Shown piece by piece: positions 56,152 through 64,000 of a stretch of 64,000 bases of DNA. The first letter of the stretch is position 1; each line of letters opens with the position of its first letter. Source of the DNA: Azolla caroliniana (Eukaryota; Plantae; Polypodiophyta). The notes under the pieces are model-generated. The model saw only the letters and a program-made list of their open reading frames with translations, did no database searches and was not told the origin of the DNA. A program made the position numbers and the translations under genes. Location of the stretch: NCBI GenBank assembly GCA_043228905.1, contig JBHGNT010000001.1:35650001-35714000 (forward strand), read 5' to 3'.

Positions 56152-58299
56152 TCATGCATTTTCTTCTTGATTTTTGAATTTGGTAGTGCATTCGTTATTC
56201 GGCTCCTGCTGGACCATGTTTAATGCATTGTTAATCATGTCCTGTATTTCTGTCTTGGTAGTGTCTGAACAGCTCAATTTTGCCTTGATCAAATTTGTCA
56301 AGGCCAAATGTGTGTTCTGATGATATAAGTATATCAACCCAAAAGTCAAAAAGAGCTCACTCATATTTGTTCCCTGATTTTGTTGCATCATTTCTAAGAT
56401 ATCCTGCAAAACAGCAGAAAACAAGGATGATGGTCAATACATTAGCATGTAATAAACTCATATACAATTTACAGATCAATATTTAAATCTTACAGAGATA
56501 ACTCCAAAACCGGTTGTCATTAAGTAACCTGATGTCATTAAGGATCAACACTAGATAACCTTCTAGAGATATACTCTTAAACTGGTGGTTAAAGTGAAGT
56601 TTATTAAATAGCACTGTCATTAAGCAAAGTAATCGAACATAATTTACACATTCACCTCAAACATGGATTCAACATCCTGAACATGAACCCAATGGATGTT
56701 CTCCACAGCATTCTTCAAGTTTGGAGTAATCTCAGGCATCAGATGCTCAAAAGTTCTAGATGGTATTTTCTCTTTTCCAAGTACAAGACCGCCCATTGTG
56801 AGCAACCATATATCAAGAACCACTTGTCCATAAGCCATGCAATCCTCTACTCTACCCTGTGACATAAAAAAGATACCGTGGAATATAGATTATAATATAG
56901 CATCCAAAGAAATAGTTGTATTTCCATAAGAGAAGACGCTAGTTAAAAATGTCTCTCGTGTACATCACTTTGCATGATTCCTAGGCTTTTGACAGATTTT
57001 ATGATCAGGCAGCAAGAAAAGGAAAACCTATCGAATGCACGGTCTTCTAGAAGAATGAGATCCCCAACATAATAAAGAATATTGATAACCTTGCTTACCA
57101 GAGATTTAAGCACTTTGAAGATGTTATAGAAACCTATACTTGTGCGTATATCTAGAACACCATGCTTCATTGAGACATAGTAGATTTCCTCAGCAAATGC
57201 TTGGGATGCATTTTCCAATTTATTCTGGATAAACAGCCAACGTTAACATACATAAAGGCTCATCTGAAGGACAGAAATAAAATGCAGATCACGTTGTCAA
57301 AATACAGAACTTTTTCTTCTTAGCCACCTGAAGTACATATAATTGTCCAAAGAGTCGGCAGATTTCAGCTTGCATTTCATAATTTTCTTCACTCACTGGA
57401 CTTTGTATAAACAGCCATGCTGCAATTCCTAGCAATTCCTCACATTGTGCACTTCTACCTAGTGATAAACACACCTTTCTAAAAAAAGAGGTGTCAGTGT
57501 ATATTTCTCACACATATCCAAGCCAGAAAATAATGTAAAGAAAGCATCCTGTTTGTAAATCAATATAATTTTGAGTATGACTTTCCAAATGAAAACATTT
57601 TCCTATTTCTACCTGTTAATTAGATACTATTAGAATCATGTGTAGCAAGATGGGGGAAATAATTATGGGAAGCATGACAAACAAGGACTAATATAGCTTG
57701 ACATAAATGAAGACCTGCTTGATGAAGGTTTTGCTCTCACCCTAGTTGATCTAAATGGTGAAAAACTACCCAATTCAAACTTGCAAACAGCTTAAGAAAG
57801 TGCATTCTTGAACAGACGAAGGTTTTGCTCTTACACTAGTTAGTTTCATATGATTGTTTAGAGGGTTTGTTTGTGGTTCCATTCATGAATTGTGTTTTTC
57901 AGGAAGGTGAGAAGTGATTTTCCACTCACTTGCTCACGGTTTGAAGGCTTAGGCTTGTCATTGCTCACACATTTCCGACATATATGCTAACTATCCACAG
58001 GTAGTGACAATCCAAATGCACTATCAACGGAACATAAGAAGTGTTACCGTACAGGATGTACGGGAGATGTAGAGTGTGATGAGCAAGGGTCGAATACTAC
58101 AATGTTGTTAATGTGTATGTGTGTATGTGTAAGTGTAATTGTGAGTGTGAGTAGATATGTATGAAAACACATGCAGACATGTGTGGATGTGGACGGATAC
58201 GAGGAGGTGTGAATGGTCAAGGGGAATTGCACCCCAATGTATCTACCCTTTTGTAACTATTTAACCCCTTATGGGGAATGAATGAAAAAGGAAGGAATA

Positions 58300-58355
<56 letters not shown>

Positions 58356-61300
58356 ACTCTCTCTTCCCTTACGTTGAACCCCCTTGGGAGGGGGGTGGAG
58401 CCATTCTAGGCACCACCCCCCACCCCTCAATGCTTCTCAACATCTTCACCATCTCCATCCCTATCACTACCCTATTATCATCATAATTGTCATCCCTAAC
58501 CCTAAAACATACAAAATCCAAATGCACTATCAACGGAACATAAGAAGCGTGAAACTGAGCTATCAACAAGGTTATGGAAAAATTCAACGAAGGATGTGAA
58601 AGAAATCATAATGGAAATTATTTAATTTAATTGTGATGATGAAAAGGTGGAGCCTAACGTGAATAAAGGAAGTGATAAAGAATGCACTATGGACTGAATT
58701 TTAAATCAGGGTTTCAAAAAAGCAATTACCTGAATTCCAAGAAGATATAAAGGAACAAGTTGCAAAGAAGCTTTTGGGTAAAATATCTTCTGACCCCGTT
58801 TTATTGCATCAAGAGCAAGTGCTAAGGCATCTTCATATTTTCCTTGTCCCATCAAAATTGCAGATTCTTGAGTTACCATTCGCATCAAAGCAACCTTTAG
58901 TATGGGTACTAAATCAAACTGTGAAAATTACTAGGATCAGTATACAGAACATTTCTGTATATGCAAGAATATGAAATTATAAAAACGAAATAACAGCTCT
59001 TCACCTTAGGCACGTCTCACACAAATGCCATGCCATCAATATCAGGAGAAGGTGGAATCTCATTAAACCAACCAACCCCTCATCAATTTTACCACTTCTG
59101 AGGACGTTATGACGTAGCAGCCATTGTGAAGGCTTACAGCTAATAAAATAAGACAAATGGGGGAAAACAGGTGAAAGAAGAGGAAAAGTAGATCCTCAAG
59201 ATCAAAAGTTACAGTCATGCATAAATACAAGAGGTTCTAAATCAAACAGAAACTGCAAGCAAAGAATTCTTAAGGTCCCTAGAAGAACCTCTTTTACTTA
59301 TTTTGATCAACATACTGAGTAATATCAGGAGGAGACTTTATCCACGAATATAAACCACATAAATAAACAGTATTAAAATAGGGACTGTGGGGCAGTGACT
59401 GACTGACAGAGTTCACATTTAGTCGCAGAAGCCAAGATCAGGTGGTCATAAATAGTAGATACATTCATTCAAGTAATTTCATTGTGTCTAAAAAAAGAAA
59501 ACTACAAAGACAACATGATTGTAAACAGTACCTTACGCCTGTCATTTAGAAGTTCTTCCAAAGTTTCAGGAGAAAGCAGTGTGACACTTGCATAAATGGT
59601 GGACTCCGTGGGTAAATTTAACTTTTCTAGAGCTCTTAGGACATTGGTATCATCTGTATGAATTTTACTGTATCTTCCTTTTCTAAGTTCCTGAGTAGAA
59701 ATCAGCTTTTATTGTCAGCTGTGTACGATGCTGTATTCCTCATTTTTATTAGTTACAATTACAAGCACTTATTTAATGCTTCAATGATCCCAATATAGTT
59801 GGTGATAAAAATAATACCTTCAAAAATGCTGAAGGGTTCTCATTAAAGATGACAGACCCTATTTCAGTCATTGGAAACATCTGAGAATAAAATCAAGATA
59901 AGGTCAGTTACTTTACCCACATTATCATCCAGCATCCAAGCATGCTCTTTGCAAGATGCTTCAAGCAATGGATAGGAAGCATTTAGTTAACAAATCTATT
60001 GACTGCAAAATATTGATATTTCTGTAATATCCAACTAAGATGCTCGATGTAAAAACCAACCCTTTTGTCAAATGTTTTATAATAGCTAGAAGATCTAGGA
60101 TTTCATACATTCTCGAAGCATTTCATAAAAGTACATGATGAACATCCAGTGTTTACATTGCTTTCATTTGCGAACAATAAACATAACATCTAAAAGGATC
60201 TCTCTTTTCTATTTTTTGTTAATGGGCTTACCATAGTGGTAGGCTATAAGGCAACCAAAATACAAGTTTACGGACTCAAAGAATGAATTTGGCACATATT
60301 TATCACGTGCATAGCTTTCTCCTAAACTACATGCCACATCAGTGTATCAAACTTATGGCCTCACAGCTCCAAACATCTGACATAACCACCTTAACCATAA
60401 TTCAATCGGTTCTCTCTCTCTCTCTCTCCAAAGGTTGGGGGGAACCTGAACCCTATTAGGCAGTCAATACAAGGTAGTTGGGTCAAATCCTCACATTCAC
60501 AGATGTTAACACATATAATTGGCATAACCACCTCAACCCTACCCCAATTGGCTCTCTCTCTCTACACATACTATGTAAAGATGATTCACTTTTGGTCCCA
60601 TCTCTGCTTTCAACACATTGACCATCCAATTCCATCCATAGACACATTTCTCTCACAGTCATAATGTGCACTTTTAATTACAATGTTCGTGATTCTTGAA
60701 CATCAAGAGTCACCACACAACTCCAAGTAAGGATGATTCACTTCTGGTTCCACAGGTCATATTTAACCTTTGAGGACAAAACTAAAATCTCTGCTTTCAA
60801 CACATTGTCAATTCAGTCCCAACTGTAGGCACATTTCTCTCACGGTCACAATTTCATTCCAATGGTCATGATTCTTAAAACTCAAGAGTCACTGCACACA
60901 TCCACACATACTAAGAAAAATGTTTTATTTTTAATTCCATAGGCCATGTTTGACCTCCGAGGACAATCACATCGGCCAATATTGGGGTTCTCTCAAAGGC
61001 TGAAGTTTTAGTCCGATTAAGTTCAGAATGTTTCACTTACAAAATTCCCTGGTATCGTATGCAATTCTGCTAACTTATTTATGGTTATAATGGTTTGCTG
61101 TCATTAAATATGAGGCAACATCTTCGGATGTAATCTCCTATGTGGTCTCTATCTGGTGTTTGGCATTTTAAAATACATCTCTTTCATACTTTTTAATTAA
61201 CTACAGCGAAGAAGAAGACAGGGTAGGGTGCTTACGATTCCATGACGTGTTCTGAGAGCATGAATGATCGTGTTAGATCCCAGGTCAACTGGCAGCGCTA

Positions 61301-61448
61301 GAGACATCGTTCCCTCTGCCACTACCGTTTCGGTTGCCGTTTCCACTGCCTCCATCGCGGATTTTGCGTTTTCGGCGGATGATCGATTGGCTGTGGCCGT
61401 TTGGGCCGTGTGCTTCGCCATGGCTGCTGTTGCGTTTTGCTTCGCCAT
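56152..61448 (-). CDS. ZMYND12-like TPR-type axonemal protein (inner-arm dynein-associated family); 5' exon structure uncertain
   Basis: Well-supported phase-0 exons: 59818-59880, 59532-59690, 58730-58894, 57328-57474, 57099-57224, 56656-56856, 56152-56403. Translation GQGKYEDALALALDAIK...LQLVPLYLL...FGQLYVLQNKLENASQAFAEEIYYVSMKHGVLDIRTSIGFYNIFKV recalls the ZMYND12 C-terminal region (from memory, not searched). Exon 61236-61448 and micro-exon 60232-60243 are tentative. Confidence 0.7.
58009..58550. mobile_element. 470-bp insertion bounded by 36-bp direct repeats in an intron of the ZMYND12-like gene
   Basis: AATCCAAATGCACTATCAACGGAACATAAGAAG(T/C)GT at 58009-58044 and 58515-58550. The interior contains a (CT)n tract at about 58302-58352. 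Confidence 0.6.
60575..60970. repeat. Diverged tandem repeat (two units plus a partial third)
   Basis: GATGATTCACTT.TGGT.CCA...ATCTCTGCTTTCAACACATTG...CACATTTCTCTCAC...TCAAGAGTC at about 60580 and 60732, with a partial copy near 60935. Confidence 0.75.
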
Positions 61449-61499
61449 GCTTTTGTTACAGCGCCTGTGTGTGTGTGTGGGGGGGGGGGGGGGGGGGGG

Positions 61500-61741
61500 C
61501 ATTGGGCCATGGAATGAATAGTCGGATGGCCGCAGCAACGACTCGAAGGGCTCCATCCAAATCAATCAAAAATTTCATGTTTTTGTTATACCGTTCACAT
61601 TCCCTTGATAAATGGTGGGGGGGGCATTTGGCCATGGAATGAATAGTCGGATGGCCGCAGCAACGACTCGAAGGGCTCCATCCAAATCAATCAAAAATTT
61701 CATGTTTTTGTTATACCGTTCACATTCCCTTGATAAATGGT
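61500..61741. repeat. Near-perfect tandem duplication, 117 bp, period 125
   Basis: 61500-61616 and 61625-61741 differ at one position. Each is preceded by a G run. Confidence 0.92.
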
Positions 61742-63204
61742 AAATCCTACTACATAGTACATACATGCCTTTCTTTGGTCCTGACCACATGCACACACTT
61801 CATCTTTGTTCCCTTCTATCTCCATCGGCCAACCCTTTCAATGTAATGTCCCTAGTTCGATACCTTGTGAATAGAATTTAGAAACCTGAACTATTTTATT
61901 GTGCATATTACTTAACATGCTCGAAGGGATTGATGTTCCTCCCCATGACAATAGGACAACATTACAATGGCATCATGTTTATCATTGGATTTTTGAAGAA
62001 ATGAAATAAGAAGGTCTCGAGTTTTTTAGTTTGTGAGCCCCTCCCTCCTTATTGTGCATATCATTTGGGTAGGAACCCTATCCTAAATGTACAACTCTTG
62101 CACACATATATAGAGGGAGAAGCTCTTTGTAAATAATTAACTTCATGGTCGCTCTATTTTATGGAGATGGAATGGCAAATCTCTCTTGCTTACCATTTTA
62201 ATATTGGATACTATGTGAGGTCACCATCAACCTTAAAAATGTCGAGCATTGGTAACGGGTTTGACTTTAGTTGTTTGATAGGTTGATATCGCACAAGTGT
62301 GAACACGTTAGTATTCAAAGAATTGTTCATCTACATATACTCAATATTGAAAATTTTAGAGGAAATTTTTGGCATTATTCCTCTATTATTCTGAGAATTA
62401 ATCAAAAGTTCATCACAAATTTAAAATTAATTAATACTACTATGTTTTTTCCTAGAGCTAATTAGTACCAAATTGGTATAAATAGTGATATTACATAAAA
62501 AGCCAAGGCACATCTTGGAATCTTCATTCATATTAGAAAACACGCCATTGATTAATAAGATATAATGTATGCAAACCCAAATTGCCTTGAATTTAACACA
62601 AAAGTAGAGTAGCAAGGCAAGACAAGAGACTAATGATCCAATCTAGTTTGAGTTATATATGCAAGAGTTTATCATATTTGTTTTGTTGTTCAAATTCCAA
62701 GTTACTCATGGAATTTTTGCATAAAGACACTTACCTCTCTTTATTTGGATATCTCTACTTCCTCGATAGTGGTCCTATTCTTTTTCTTATCCATAGACAT
62801 TGTTCGCTATTTCAATACGTCTTCGTTTCCCACAATTATTGTATGTGCTCCTATGTGAGCTTCAACAAAAGAAGAACAATATAAAATGCTTGTAAGGCTT
62901 ACCCCTTCCCCTGAGAAATCTTTGTAAATTTTGGTGAGCATTTTCATAATGCACAGTTATACCTCACATTAAACATCATAATATTTCTCCCTTGACATAT
63001 TTTAAATTCCTGAAATTAGGTATAAATCAAGGTGAACAGTACAAACAAAGTTGTCCATTCAGAAGGTCTTGTTACTAACAGGATACAGGATACAATCCAA
63101 ATGCTACATAATGGATGCTACACCCCACAATGCGAGGACATGGTATTACATGTTTTTAAGACCTAAGCCCATCATATATACATATGCGTACATGTGCGCA
63201 TGTG

Positions 63205-64000
63205 CTACACATATGGATGGGAAGGTAGATGTTGTTCCACGTGTCTCTCTCGCACACCCCTTCCAAGTACAGCCTGCCGTTGCTCTCTGAAGTGGCGTAG
63301 AAGAGAAGAGGCCTGCCACATAACCAGCTAGTCATTACCATAAAGAAATTTGAGAAGTCTACATTTTAATAGATTTAAGGTTATTGCAGGCACAAAAATT
63401 TGAAACATTTCCTATTTTTGTTCAGGTAAAGTAGATCAATCAAACACGCAAAGAAAGGATTTCACAACATAGGCAACGTATTTACCTTCTCTTTTGCACG
63501 TGGTGTACCCGATTGAGAGAGTGAAACCAGAGGTGGAATTGCCCCTTCTTGTAACACCATGGCTCGGAACTTATGGTTTTTTGTACATAAATGTAACAAT
63601 GCAGCAGCTGCATTCTCTTTACCTCTCTGGGACCCCATCTCAACTACCTCAACAAGCGCAGGAATACCACCCTCCTCTCCTATAGCCTTCCTCCCCTCGG
63701 TGATTGTCGCAAGGTTGGCTAGCACTGTCACCGCCTTATCTACCATTCCAGCAGCTGGATCTAGCATAAGCTCCACTAATGGCCGGATAGCTCCACCACT
63801 CACAATCCTTGCCTTGTTCTCATGGAGTATGGAAAGATTAAATAAAGCTGTGGCAGCATCTTTCTTGCCACGAGGGGATCCATGTATTAAGAGATCCACT
63901 AGTCGGGGTATTGCACCAGATTCCCCAACTGCTACCTTGTTTTCATCCATCACAGAGAGACTGAAAAGAGTGGCTGCTGAATTCTCTTTCGCGGCAGGAG
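63205..64000 (-). CDS. ARM-repeat protein, plant U-box PUB4-like, 3' end (runs off the window)
   Basis: Exon 63486-64000 encodes ENSAATLFSLSVMDENKVAVGESGAIPRLVDLL...RGKKDAATALFNLS...RGKENAAAALLHLC...GTPRAKEK. Terminal exon 63205-63312 encodes ASSLLRHFREQRQ...PYV*. The U-box itself is not in the window. Confidence 0.88.

Noticed and set aside
59005-59139. 135-bp segment with AG/GT boundaries in the ZMYND12-like gene
   Set aside because: In phase 0 it has a stop at codon 2, and the flanking exons join in frame without it.

Overview
Nuclear DNA from a land plant. The mix of plastid-targeted, PLS-PPR and axonemal genes points to a flagellated-sperm lineage, probably a fern; this is an inference. 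Nine protein-coding genes can be built from splice sites and recognisable protein motifs. In order they are: the 3' half of DNA topoisomerase III alpha (+), GOT1 (+), a single-exon PLS/E-type PPR gene (+), plastid ribosomal protein L31 (-), a two-exon SEC23 (+), a LUX/PCL1-like GARP clock factor (-), an EFHC1/Rib72-like DM10 axonemal protein (-), a ZMYND12-like axonemal protein (-), and the 3' end of a PUB4-like ARM-repeat gene (-). Introns and the two long intergenic tracts hold decayed LINE fragments, a 157-bp hAT-type MITE with an 8-bp TSD, local duplications and many microsatellites. I found no convincing wholly new system. The best leads are two adjacent flagellar genes with apparently altered domain content, an obligatory GC-AG intron, a miRNA/MITE-like hairpin, a five-copy dispersed LINE/SINE-like 3' end, and a 470-bp insertion bounded by 36-bp direct repeats.
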